Source: Octopus sinensis (lineage: Eukaryota). From it: a stretch of DNA of 64,000 nucleotides. The position numbers and the translations under genes are program-made. Shown here piece after piece: positions 25,443-37,105 of this stretch. The notes under the pieces were generated by a model, which saw only the letters and a program-made list of their open reading frames with translations, was not told where the DNA came from and did no database searches. The stretch spans positions 127,782,001 to 127,846,000 of the forward strand of contig NC_043000.1 in assembly GCF_006345805.1 (NCBI RefSeq), written 5' to 3'. Numbering within the stretch: position 1 is the stretch's first letter; the number at the start of each line of letters is the position of its first letter.

Positions 25443-25949
25443 ATATAGATTATCTCAAGATTCTGTTATGATATTCGCTTTCTTTGATGATTACAGTTTT
25501 ATGAACCGTGTATTTTCTTATTCAGAGTTGTATGTGATGTTGGGGAGTTACATGTAAGACGTTGTGCGTTGCAGGAGGGCATAGTGAGATTAGTCTGTTT
25601 CATCAACATTAAGAAGTAGGCAACTACTGTATGGACAAGGGATTTTATTAATCACATAAGCTGCTTAAGTATTGCTGCGTAGTCATTTAATTACAAAAGG
25701 ATATGTTACAAAAGGATTAGATTCAACATGGACTTAGAAGCAATCAACACTACTGAATATCATGTTGTAATATAACTTTTGCTGTGATGTATAAAACAAA
25801 CACAGCATTAATTTGTATCAAGAAGTCATCGTTTTTTGAGTGTCAGTAGGGCTAACATACATCTCTCTTCCACATTTGGGCAGTTGCTTGACCGGCAAGA
25901 CTGAGTAGCCAAATTTTGCCTTCTAATACAATCCACTTCAGAGTCTTAA

Positions 25950-26190
25950 AAGACTAGACGCTACATCGAAGAGGCCAGGGAACAAAAGAAGACATGCACC
26001 CAACACCAGAGCTGAAGACACCTCCGAAAGGGGGGGGGGGCACGTCAAGACGGTAGAGGAGTAGGGGCCGAAACCGGACGTGGTTTCTCCTGATGATGTC
26101 TTGCGCTAACTGTATCCTATAAAGGAGCTGTTGTGGTAGCAGACCACGAAACAAGGTTGAAATTCCTAGGATAATGTAATCTTAGACCCT
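25950..26190 (+). mobile_element. Possible LTR-retrotransposon PPT/LTR remnant
   Basis: A G-run (26030-26040) like a polypurine tract, followed by a TATA-like tataaagg. Weak. Confidence 0.3.
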
Positions 26191-26439
26191 TTATCTTTTA
26201 CTTGTTTCAGTAATTGGACAGCGGCCATGCTGGGGCACCATCTTGAAGGGTTAAGTCGGACAAATTTACCTCACTACTTATTTTTATAGGTTTCTTTTGC
26301 TGAACTGCTAATATAGATATACAAAAAAAAAGGCTGGGGAAGGTCAATGGGGGGAATCGTTTTGATCATCTGCTCGATCAGCACTGACAAGGGGCTAAAC
26401 AACTATAATAACAATAATCGCTACAAAATCTCGATACCT

Positions 26440-26645
26440 CGAGTCAATATGGCCGATCAACCTGCAAAAAATAGCAACTAAATCTCCCTTAAGCTACATC
26501 CTACCGTCTTAAAAAAAAGACGCTCTGAATAATGTAGTCTTAAAAACACAATTTCTGAAAAATATAAAAACATGATGGTCTTGGTTTGAATACCTTTGAT
26601 CATAGATCTGTTTTATCAGGACAAATTCGGGGGCTAAGCAATGAG
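26440..26645 (+). mobile_element. Dispersed repeat family E (SINE-like, often ending ggggctaaacaacaac)
   Basis: Related copies at about 1630-2025, 17055-17230(-), 31135-31290, 39680-39900(-), 41615-41815(-), 44850-45030, 47020-47220(-), 57370-57570 and 61860-62230(-). Confidence 0.7.
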
Positions 26646-27170
26646 ACTTCGCACAGTTTGGAAACTTAGTTGGTTTTAGCCGAATTCCGTCTGTTGCAAG
26701 GATTTGAACATGACATCTAATTCCCTTCTCGCAGACGATTATTCTTTTCTACTGCCATTGACTAGCAAATTTTGTGGACGGGTATCGTTAACATCAATAA
26801 CTAGGGATGGTGGTGACGTCTCCTCCCTCCATCATCTCATTAAAAGTGATTCCCCTATTCATTGATATAGTCGTTCTCTTTTGAATTTTTCGTCATATTT
26901 TAAATTATAGCGTTTCTTTTCTACTCTTTATGCACTTGTTTCTCGTCTGCATATCGTTCGTATTTCATTTCACACAGCATCTGCTAAAACCATCACTTTA
27001 CTCTCAATTTTCCCCCTCATCACCTGCAGTTCCCTCTATATCTCTACTTCGCCTCGTCTTCCCCTTTTCCTCGCTTATCACTCATCTCTCTTTCTCACTT
27101 TTATTGGTTCCATTTTGTAGCTCACCGTAACATTTGTATAGTAGAGTAATATACATCATTACATACTTAC

Positions 27171-28057
27171 TATACCCATATCACATGACTCAACCCGGTG
27201 CTCACGTGATCAATGTTATTTAACAGGTTTACGAATTCGATGAAGGAATATTGAATATTCAGTCGCCTAAGGCTTCTGGGGGTACAGGGCTTCTTATGAC
27301 TAGGTGTTTCCTTATCACTAAATGTTAACAGTTGTTGAGAGTCTCTAATGTTGAATAGTATTCCATTTGGAAACGAGTGAAATTTTTCACATACTAACAT
27401 CCACCACCATGACTTTCTTTCCAGTTAGATGATACTATTGTTCGATTTTTTAAAATGCTTAAGAGACGTTGGAAAAAACATGACATTCTAGCTTGGAGTC
27501 ATCTTGTACAATTGTGGCGGTGAATCCAACAGAACTGGTGTTAGTATAAATAGAAGTTTTCTGTTTGGTATTAAAGTGTAATAATAATGTACGTGATGTT
27601 AGGCTGTGTTTCAATTCTTTAAATCACAGTTAAATGTTGTATTTTTCCTAGATGTAATGATTTCTTTGATAACAAAATTCACTGTAAATTATCTTACCTA
27701 GGTGTGAAAAGACTATTGTTGGTTGCTTTCTGTAAAATCAAAAACAAAAAAAAATTCCATTTTCCACAAATGAATGTCCGTAAAATCTGTTTACCCACTG
27801 AATATTCTCTGAAGAAAAACTTTTATATTACCATCATACTAATCAATTTCTTATAAAGAATACTTAAGCTATAGAATTGCTTGGGTATTGTGGGACCTAA
27901 ACAGAGAGTATCTCGAAAAAAGTATCTTTTGGTAGCAACTGATGAATGCATGCGTTACCCTTTTGTTTCCTGCGTCTTCAAACTCGATAGCACAAATGGC
28001 TAGTCTTTCTAATTCGAACACCTGGTACTATCCAGTGATAGAAGAATTCATTTTATA
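27171..28057 (-). pseudogene. Candidate decayed multi-exon gene fragment with small introns
   Basis: Four exon-like blocks bounded by GT/AG with 60-140 nt introns. Three of the four have stops in every frame. Loose Ig/FN3-like words. Confidence 0.3.
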
Positions 28058-28627
28058 TCTGTGGAAGTGTAAAAGTTTTCTTACTGCTCTCGGAATTGTA
28101 CAAAACAGAACTACTCTTTAAGACTTTAGATGAAATAAGCTATGTAAAAAGAATTAATCAAACAAATGATGTCAGCATCGTTGACTTTAAAGTAATAAGA
28201 TCTTCCAGGATCTCTTTGAAAAGATATTCTTTTTAGAGTAGTTCCTTTAATTTGTTATCTGCTTACAACGGCCAACCAATAAGGCTCTTCCTTGTCATTT
28301 TTATTTTTAGACGCTGTTATCTAGTGGTGCTTCCATTACTTCTTAGCTAATTTATCTTTATAATATAAATCCCTGTTGAGTTTTAAATATGAATCAAGTT
28401 TATAGAATGAATTAAACAATGGTTATATTCATCAATGATGATAACAGAATTTCTTAAAAGAGTAAACGTGACCAGGAATCGCTTGAACTAAGAAAATAAT
28501 TGACTTGACCTGGCAGCGAACTGGCAGAATCGTTAGCACGTCAGGTGAAATGCTTAGCAGTATTTCTTCTGCCGTTACATTTTGAGTTCAAATTCTGCCA
28601 TGGTTGACTTTGCCTTTTATACTTTTA

Positions 28628-29030
28628 TAGGCGCAGGAGTAGCTGTGTGGTAAGTAGCTTGCTAACCAACCACATGGTTCCGGGTTCAGTCCCACTGCAT
28701 GGCATCTTGGGCAAGTGTCTTCTGCTATAGCCCCGGGCCGGCCAATGCCTTGTGAATGGATTTGGTAGACAGAAACTGAAAGAAGCCTGTCGTATATATG
28801 TATATATATATATGTGTGTGTGTGTGTCTGTGTGTCTGTGTTTGTCCTCCTAGCATTGCTTGACAACCGATGCTGGTGTGTTTACGTCCCCGTTACTTAG
28901 CGGTTCGGCAAAAAGAGACCGATAGAATAAGTACTGGGCTTACAAAGAATAAGTCCTGGGGTCTATTTGCTCGACTAAAGGCGGTGCTCCAGCATGGCCG
29001 CAGTCAAATGACTGAAACAAATAAAAAAAA
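28628..29030 (+). mobile_element. SINE family B, near-consensus, adjoining a truncated SINE A (28511-28620)
   Basis: Full head ggcgcaggagtagctgtgtggtaag through an A-rich tail. Confidence 0.92.
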
Positions 29031-29801
29031 AAAAAAAGATCTACAAGAGTAAGTGAAGATTTACTAGCAAGCAAATACAGTCCTTAATGTGAATGCATTT
29101 GGTGAGCTGGCTGAATCATTAGTGTTGATTCTTTATGATCTGAATTCAAATCCTGCCATGGTCAGCTTTGCCCTTTCATCCTTTCGCCATCAATAAAAGT
29201 ACTTGTCAAGTATTGGAGTCAATTGTATTGATTAATCCCCTCCCCTCAAAATAGCTGGCTATGTGCCAAATCAGTAACCATTATGAAAGAACGTAGGTAA
29301 AAGATGAAAGACATGACATTCATGTGAATGTTGCATAATATACGTGCCCATTTATGTCAGGTGCCATGACTCTTGTCACATGACCAGTACTGTTCAACAT
29401 AATTACCTATCTGAATGAAGAAAATTTTATTATTCAAATAAGGAAATAAATCATTTTAAATTACCCTCAACCTTTTTTTTTTCCAAAAGTTTTTTTAACC
29501 AGATATATTACATGCTACTATTTATAGTTATATCCTCTTCACTCACTGTCTCAAAGCTTCCACATGATTTAAACAAACTGAATAAGGCTTCTAGAGGGAA
29601 AGGATTTTGGTAAAGGTTGTACTTAGCTAAACACTTTATTGTGTGAATACATTATTAATATTAGCATGTTACAAGACATGCTTGCATGCTTCACATTCAT
29701 TATAAACATTACAACCTGTCTCATTAAATTGCTCTCAGATCATAAAATGCTAATATTTAGAGACAAAGCAATTTCAAAACTTCATGCCTTTCGAATATTT
29801 A

Positions 29802-29975
29802 TTCATTTCTCAATTATATTTTGTGTCCAAAAGTGAGACTGTTTTTAATATCATTTTGTCTTGGTTTAATTTTTAGTTCATTTCTCAATTATATTTTGTG
29901 TCCAAAAGTGAAACTGTTTTTAACATCATTCTGTTTAGGAGAGACAACGCTGTCTTGACTTAATTTTTAATTCAA
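29802..29975. repeat. Local tandem duplication, ~75-bp unit
   Basis: ttcatttctcaattatattttgtgtccaaaagtg occurs at 29802 and 29877. Confidence 0.85.
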
Positions 29976-30624
29976 AGTGAAAGACACTTAACAGTTTCTT
30001 ATTTCACTTAATTACTGCAAAAATCTAAGAGAGAAGGAAGTAATAATGCCAAAATATTAAAAGAAAAAAGAAAAACTCTAAAAAGGAATATATACGCTTT
30101 GTATTAACAGAAGCAACCTACAATACTTGCTGTATTACCACAAATAACTTTTTTTTCCTAATCTTGCCACAAGGCTTGTGATTTTGAGAGGAGAGACAAT
30201 CTGATTATATTAACTCCAGTGCCAGACAGGTACTTAACTTTATCAACTCTAAAATGATGAAAGGCAAAGTTAACCTTGATCTTAATTTGAACACAGAACA
30301 TAAAGAACCGGAAGAAATGTACTCCAAAGCATTTATTCGTGAGGCAAAAAAAAAAAATCTAAAACTGCTTTAAGCCTCACTCTAGAGAGTGTCACATGAC
30401 ACTTCAAGTCAGAAGAAATGCAAATGAAGTCATGTACTACGTTCTTAGCAAGGCAGCAACTGTCATGTGTTCTTGGAAGTAATTCTACGAAGTATTTTCC
30501 ACGTCCAGTGTATGTAATTCTTTATATAAAGTTTGCGTACCCTTCAGTGTGTGTGTGTGTGTGTGTGTGTTGAGCAAAAGATAAATAATATCTGTACAGT
30601 GAAAGATGCTTATACTATTAGAAT

Positions 30625-30895
30625 TTTGAAACTTCAAGAGCTAGGAAGTAAAATATTTTTAAAGGTGGAGCTCAAAGCTGATAAAGCTATAAATAGAAAA
30701 TTTATTTGTAGAAAATTGGGTTATAAAAAACCCTTCGATGGAAAAAGTCAAAGGGAAAAGAACGTCTGTCACGTTTACAGTGGATATGGGCTCATGCCCC
30801 ATGGACAGCCTTCAGAGTGGCATAGTTCCATGAAAGAGCCTTTGTAACTCAATGTCCTACATGCTATTATTTATAGCTTTAATTACTTCAAGTTC
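30625..30895. mobile_element. AT-rich MITE-like repeat carrying an inserted RTE 3' tail (30767-30845)
   Basis: aaagctataaata/tatttatagcttt inverted ends are shared with 43100-43270. Confidence 0.55.
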
Positions 30896-31361
30896 CACCA
30901 TTAAAAATAATTTACTTGATAGAAGTTTACATTAGTTTGGCAATGCAGAATATGAAATTTAGCAATGCAACTGGTATAAAGCTAAATCAATTGGTTCTAG
31001 TCTGCTACAGTTACTTATTTTACCATATTTCAAAGAATGAAAAATACAGTCTACTCAAGTCCAGTTTAAAATCAAAATGTAAGGTGATTGGAATGAAAAT
31101 GTTAAAGTGTTCTGCCATTTCAGTAAACAAGGGAGCTGCTCTATGGTCACTGAACCTGCTACAAATAGCAGCTAAATCTTCCTCAAATCACAATTGGCCA
31201 TCTTAAACAGGGAAATGAGACATTAAATAATTTTGTCCTAAAAAAATAAGATTGTTGTAACTGCAATACCCTTTAATGATAAGCAGAGCCTATAGAATGG
31301 AGTTTACCCAGCACATCATGAAGACAGACAGGGACCAATAAATATCTAATATTTTCCCATT

Positions 31362-31528
31362 TAGGCGTAGGAGTGGCTTTGTGGTAAGTAGCTTGCTTAC
31401 AAACCACATGGTTCCGGGTTCAATCCCACTGTGTGTCACCTTGGGCAAGTGTCTTCTACTATAGCCTCGGGCCGACCAAAGCCTTGTGAGTGGATTTGGT
31501 AGATGGAAACTGAAAGAAGCCCATCGTA

Positions 31529-31570
<42 letters not shown>

Positions 31571-31863
31571 GTAAAAAATAAATACAGACATAAAAAATAA
31601 ATACAGTAAAAAATAATAAAAAAAGTAATGTGTATGTGTGTATATGTATGTTTGTGTGTCTGTGTTTGTCACCACAACATCGCTTGACAACTGATACTGG
31701 TGTGTTTACATCCACGTAACTTAGCGGTTCGGCAAAAGAGACCGGTAGAATAAGTACTAGGCTTACAAAGAACAAGTCCTAGGGTCGATTTGCTCGACTA
31801 AAGGCGGTGCTCCAGCATGGCCACAGTCAAATGACTGAAACAAGAAAAAGAGTAAAAAAGAGA
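31362..31863 (+). mobile_element. SINE family B
   Basis: Full-length copy. Confidence 0.92.
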
Positions 31864-32665
31864 GTATATATTTTTAAAAAAAGCCTGTCAAGGCTTCCTT
31901 GAATTTTAAGATAGAATAAGGAAAACTCCCCAAAAGCTGTTTTGTTCTGCTGTGTAAAATTTCTCTCAGTAGCTTTGATCATAGATCTGTTCAATCAGAG
32001 CTGACCTAAAGATAATCAAGCTAACTTTAATTAGCTGCTCATCATCTACTCAATATCATTAACTATTGACACTCACAATACTTTGAAGCCTGAGGCTAAC
32101 AAAGTATCAGATTTTCTCACACACAAATACATACCACACTGTAATTGGTTACCAAGTAATGTTGCCAAATCAGACGACTAATCAATGCAAACATTTAGAA
32201 AAAGAGAAAAGAATAACGATTGCCTTATTTGTACTACTGTTGTTCTTTTGTTTCAGTTATGTGAACCACAAAAGGCTCTTGACACAATACTGCCTTATTT
32301 ATCCAATTCATTAATGTGTGAATAGAATCAAATGCTGCACTTTCTTGATTAGATACTGCCTCAATGGATGGTTAACCTTAATGACTGCTTGAAGGTTTTT
32401 TTCTCAAGAGCCTTGGCAGGGTTGGCTAAATATCTAAAACCAGGAATTGAACCAGTTTCACAGATTCAGTTTGTCAGTAGTGCCAGTAGCATTAAAAAAA
32501 GCACTCAGTACACTCTGTAAAACGGTTGGCATTAGAAAGGGCATCCAGTCATAGAAACCTTGCCAAAGGTTACATTGGAACTCAATGCAGCCCTACTGTT
32601 TGCTAGTCCCCTCTCAAACCATCCAGCCAATGCCAGCATGGAAAGCGAACATTAAATAATGATTT

Positions 32666-32729
<64 letters not shown>

Positions 32730-32843
32730 TTCAAATGAATTAGGTACTTGAGTTGAAGCACCAAAATTTAGTGCGGTATTATCCATACAACTTCAAAATA
32801 AGGTAAATAAAATGAAAATAAGTGACAGGATAGTCCAGAGGTG

Positions 32844-32931
32844 ATGCAGTACGACCGTTTCAAGCAGCTCCATTTAATTGAACAAAGCGATCATTACATC
32901 AATTTAAATGCAGGGCTATCCTCAGCTGCAT
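32844..32931 (-). ncRNA. Type I minimal hammerhead ribozyme
   Basis: Minus strand: atgcag-CTGAGGA-long stem II-GAAAC-ggtc-GTA-ctgcat. Confidence 0.72.
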
Positions 32932-33039
32932 AAATAAATAGAATTTTTTTTTAATCAGGCGGACACATTAGTATAATTTTACTTAAATCCTATTAGAGGA
33001 TTTAAGTAAAATTATACAAATGTGTCTGACTGATTATTT

Positions 33040-33127
33040 ATGCAGCTGAGGATCGCCCTGCATTTAAATTGATGTAATGATTGCATTGTTCAATTAAATG
33101 GAGCTGCTTGAAACAGTCGTACTGCAT
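33040..33127 (+). ncRNA. Type I minimal hammerhead ribozyme
   Basis: atgcag-CTGAGGA-...cattta.aattga/tcaatt.aaatg...-GAAAC-agtc-GTA-ctgcat; 6-bp stem I. Confidence 0.72.
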
Positions 33128-33386
33128 CACCTCTGCACATCCTGTTGCTTATTTTATATATAACTATTATAATAAATTATTTTAATTTATTACCCTCATA
33201 TTTATGAAAGTAATATTTATAATTCAGAGGCTGTATAGAACACAGTTTTAGATTTATTTATTTACTGCTGGATTATATATTTACGCTCACGCACAAAGTT
33301 CAAATCCATAATGGATAAAAATCTATCTGTCTTGTGCACATGTTTTCAGTACATATTTACAACTACATAATTATTAATTAATTAGC

Positions 33387-33458
33387 AATCTTGCTGATGA
33401 GCTACAGATCTCAAATTAGTTTATTTGGAAATTAATGGTGAAACTCAAGTCTGGGATT
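33387..33458 (+). ncRNA. Minimal hammerhead ribozyme (separate PLE-type end)
   Basis: aatcttg-CTGATGA-gcta...tggt-GAAAC-tcaa-GTC-tgggatt; stems pair with G-U wobbles. Confidence 0.65.
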
Positions 33459-33872
33459 AACTAATTCATTTTTTTTGTTCGTTCTTGTGTTATAAATCAG
33501 TGTGCCTCATGAATTTTTTTCATGGTTTAGGTTTTAACTGGCCTTTTTAGCATGCAAGGAGTCCTGTCAAAGGTCTCCTCTTTGTGTACAGAAATATTCT
33601 ATACACTGTTATATTTTTAAATATATATATTTGCTAAGCCTCTTATCTATTAGATAAAACTATCGGTTAGAGTTATTGTAGGCAAATAAGGGGTGTCTCA
33701 GTTGTGACTGAAATGATATACTTATAAAAAAATTGATGACCAAGAAAGGATATCAATAAGTGCCTTCTTCAATTGTTATTGCATGGTAGAATACTTTGTA
33801 CAAATTAAAATTCATACTAGAAGTTTAACAGACAGTCATACTTAAGACAGAAAACGGAAAAAAAAAACATTC

Positions 33873-34290
33873 ACTCTTTTCTTTTACTCTTTTACTTATT
33901 TCAGTCATTTGACTGTGGCCATGCTGGGGCATCGCCTTTAGTCGAGCAAATCGACCCAAGGACTTATTCTTTGTAAGCCTAGTACTTATCCTATCAGTCT
34001 CTTTTGCCGAACCACTAAGTTATGGGGATGTAAACACACCAGCATCGGTTGTCAAGCGATGTTGAGGGGACAAACACAGACACACAAACATATACACATA
34101 CATACACACATATATGTACATATATACGGCAGGCTTCTTTCAGTTTCCGTCTACCAAATCCACTCACAAGGCTTTGGTTGGCTTGAGGTTATAGTAGAAG
34201 ACACTTGCCCAAGATGTCACGCAGTGGGACTGAACCCAGAACCATGTGGTTGGTAAGCAAGCAAGCTACTTACCACACAGCCACTCCTAC
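33873..34290 (-). mobile_element. SINE family B
   Basis: Full-length copy. Confidence 0.92.
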
Positions 34291-35084
34291 ACACACCCAT
34301 GCAGATAGCTATGGATACCAATAATGAGGAAATATTTGGCAAGAACAGAGTTGCCCAAAATGCAATTGACCAGTCATCATTCTAAGCATATTGCCATGTG
34401 TGGGTTATACAACTTAACCCTTCTCCAGATACAATAGACATATTTCTCTGGCATCCATGTTGGGTATATATATCATATATGAATATGATACATGAACCCA
34501 AATTTTTTCAACCTCTAAAGCGAAACTTATGACAATAAAGCTTTATATTTACTCAGAATGTATGAAGCAAAGGTTAACTAAAAGTCTGAAATCCAGTTTG
34601 GACATAAAGGACAAACTTAGGAAAATGCTTTGGACAGGCAAAGAGTTAACCATTAAAAAAGTAAACTAAAATAAGCTTTTCATAAAACGTAGTCAGTATG
34701 TGGATGTTTTCACAAGCACTTCCTCTTTGCTCCACTGCATGTGTGGCTAATTAGAAGCACTGTTTCAAAGATCTTCACACAATTGGATGTCAACACTCCC
34801 AAAAATAAAACCTTTTATGAAAATGCTTTTCTCTGCCAGTGTATCAGACATCTGGAATATATAGACATCTAAATATCTGTCTATGGAGTATTCAGTGCAA
34901 GTTCTATAGTATAAATAAGATGTTTTGTGTAAACCTAGAGCATAATATCCTGTTATAATAGTGTTATTATAATAGTGTTATTATAATATAATGGAAAACT
35001 AGAGAAAGTAAATAATACAGTTGTATTTTAGCCTCACCTATTTGGATGAACAGAGGGCAGATTATGTAAACAAATACCTACATA

Positions 35085-35153
35085 TTTATATACATATATC
35101 TATATATGCATATATGAACATAGAAACATACAGTGTACATACACGTGTGTGTG

Positions 35154-35196
<43 letters not shown>

Positions 35197-35332
35197 GCAT
35201 GCATATATTTGTACGTGTGTATAAGCATACATGCATATGCCCATATATACAAATACATGTATACCTATATGTGCATATATACATGTGCATTTACATATAC
35301 ATGTGTATATGCATATTCATGCATATATATTA

Positions 35333-35375
<43 letters not shown>

Positions 35376-35397
35376 TATACTTCTGTGTGTGTGTGTG

Positions 35398-35434
<37 letters not shown>

Positions 35435-35520
35435 GGTATACTTCTGTGTGTGTGTGTGTATATATATATAGGTATACTTCTGTGTGTGTGTGTATCTGTG
35501 CGCGCACACAAACACACATC
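35085..35520. repeat. Degenerate (TA)/(CA)/(TG) microsatellite field
   Basis: Directly visible. Confidence 0.9.
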
Positions 35521-35960
35521 ATGGTGGGAGTCAGTAGGGAGAAAATTATGGTAAAGAAAGAGTAAATTGTGTCTTTATATTTAGATAAACAGAGAACTGA
35601 AAGGAGTGGCAAAGAGATATGATGTGCATGTATCAGACACGCACTCAATAAACAAAATGGTTAAGTCCCATTCTTGTCGACATATGAGCAAAATCAATGC
35701 TTCCTTTAAGCCACATGGATGCTCAACTGAGCAGCCACTACATTGGTACCATCCACTTCGAAATGTTACCAATCATTCTAATTTTTAAATGTATATATAT
35801 ACAGGCACAGGGATGGCTATGTGGTAAGATATTTGTTGTCCAGCCACCTGTTTCCATGTTCAATCCACTGCATAGCACCAGCTACTACTATAGCACCAGC
35901 CAAAGCCTGTGAGTGGGTTTGGTAAACAGAAACTAAAGAAGTCTATTGTGTATATATGAA

Positions 35961-36646
35961 TTCGAGCAAAACTCCCCCCCCCCATCCAATTGACGGTGCT
36001 GAGTTGTCAAACATTTAACCCTTTAGTGTTCAGATTATTCTATCAAACATAATGCTTATTGATTCCCATTGATTTGAATTAATCATGCATTATCTCATAT
36101 CTTCAAGATCTTGATGGTGCAATTACTTAATATAGAATAACATTGTAGGGTAGGTGTGAGGGCCTGGATCTGGTCAATTTGAACATAAAACAGATTAGCT
36201 ATTTTGGCCGGATATGGCCGGTTTAAATACTAAAGGGTTAAACCAAATTTTCTCAAAACAACTTGTCTGACCATTCCATAGGCCTCCCCTTTGAGAAACA
36301 CTGATTTAACCTAAATTTGAGACACCAGCAAAAGAAGAAATAAAGATAGACTTTTTTCTATTCCAAAGAAAAACAATTTTATTCACACAAATATGCAACC
36401 AAAGAGTTTAAAGTACCAGTAAGTACATTGCAACAGCTGATGTACTTTGCGTGTACAAATGCACGTTCCCACGGCTTTATCGATCGCATTCTCACCTGGA
36501 ATCGATTTTTGTAATTTATTCAAGACTTATACACGCCCTGATACCGTCGGTATCTACATATCAAATTTGAGCACAGCTGGATGGAGGATGCCCGAGATCC
36601 GAGAGGACACACACGCAGACAGACGAAACGGATTTTATATAAGAGA
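35961..36646 (-). mobile_element. Non-autonomous Helitron (family of 19341-19879) carrying a piggyBac MITE
   Basis: Reverse-complement match to 19341-19879. Confidence 0.8.
36019..36237. mobile_element. piggyBac-type MITE
   Basis: TTAA-ccctttag...ctaaaggg-TTAA. The empty TTAA site is present in the paralogous Helitron near 19828. Confidence 0.9.
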
Positions 36647-36873
36647 TATGTGTATGTGTGTGTTTATCGTCGACCACCACTTGACAACCGGTGCTGGTTT
36701 GTTTATGTCCCTGTAACCTAGTGGTTTGGCAAGAGAAACCAACAGAATAAGTACAATACTAAGTACTGGAGTTGATTTATTCAACTAAACCCTTCAAGAC
36801 AGTGCCCCAGTATGGTTGCAGTCAAATGACTGAAATAAGTAAAAAGATGAAAAAAAAAAGTAATATGTGTGTG

Positions 36874-37105
36874 TGGAGACACGTGGCTTAGTGGTTAGGG
36901 TGTCAGCATCATGATCATAAAATTGTGGTTTCGATTCCTGGACCGGGTGACACGTTGTGTTCTTGAGCAAAACACTTCATTTCACGTTGCTCCAGTCCAC
37001 TCAGCTGGCAAAAATGAGTAACGGTGCGATGGACTGGCGTCCCGTCCAGCTGGGGAATATACGCCATAGAAACTGGGAAACCGGGTCCATGAGCCTGGCT
37101 AGGCT
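36874..37105 (+). mobile_element. CORE-like SINE with family C tail
   Basis: tRNA-like head, tgttcttgagcaa..cactt CORE-like block, tail shared with 12684-12995. Confidence 0.85.

Larger units (their letters stand above)
32728..33157 (-). mobile_element. Hairpin-plus-tail element with an HHR in each arm
   Basis: Arms 32815-32991 and 32997-33155, 5-nt loop, unique tail 32728-32814, microsatellite/TA flanks. Confidence 0.8.
35800..36850 (+). mobile_element. SINE family B interrupted by a Helitron
   Basis: Head 35800-35958, tail 36650-36850. Confidence 0.8.

Noticed and set aside
26085-26165. ctgatga...gaaac hammerhead-like motif
   Set aside because: Stems I and II do not abut the core correctly.
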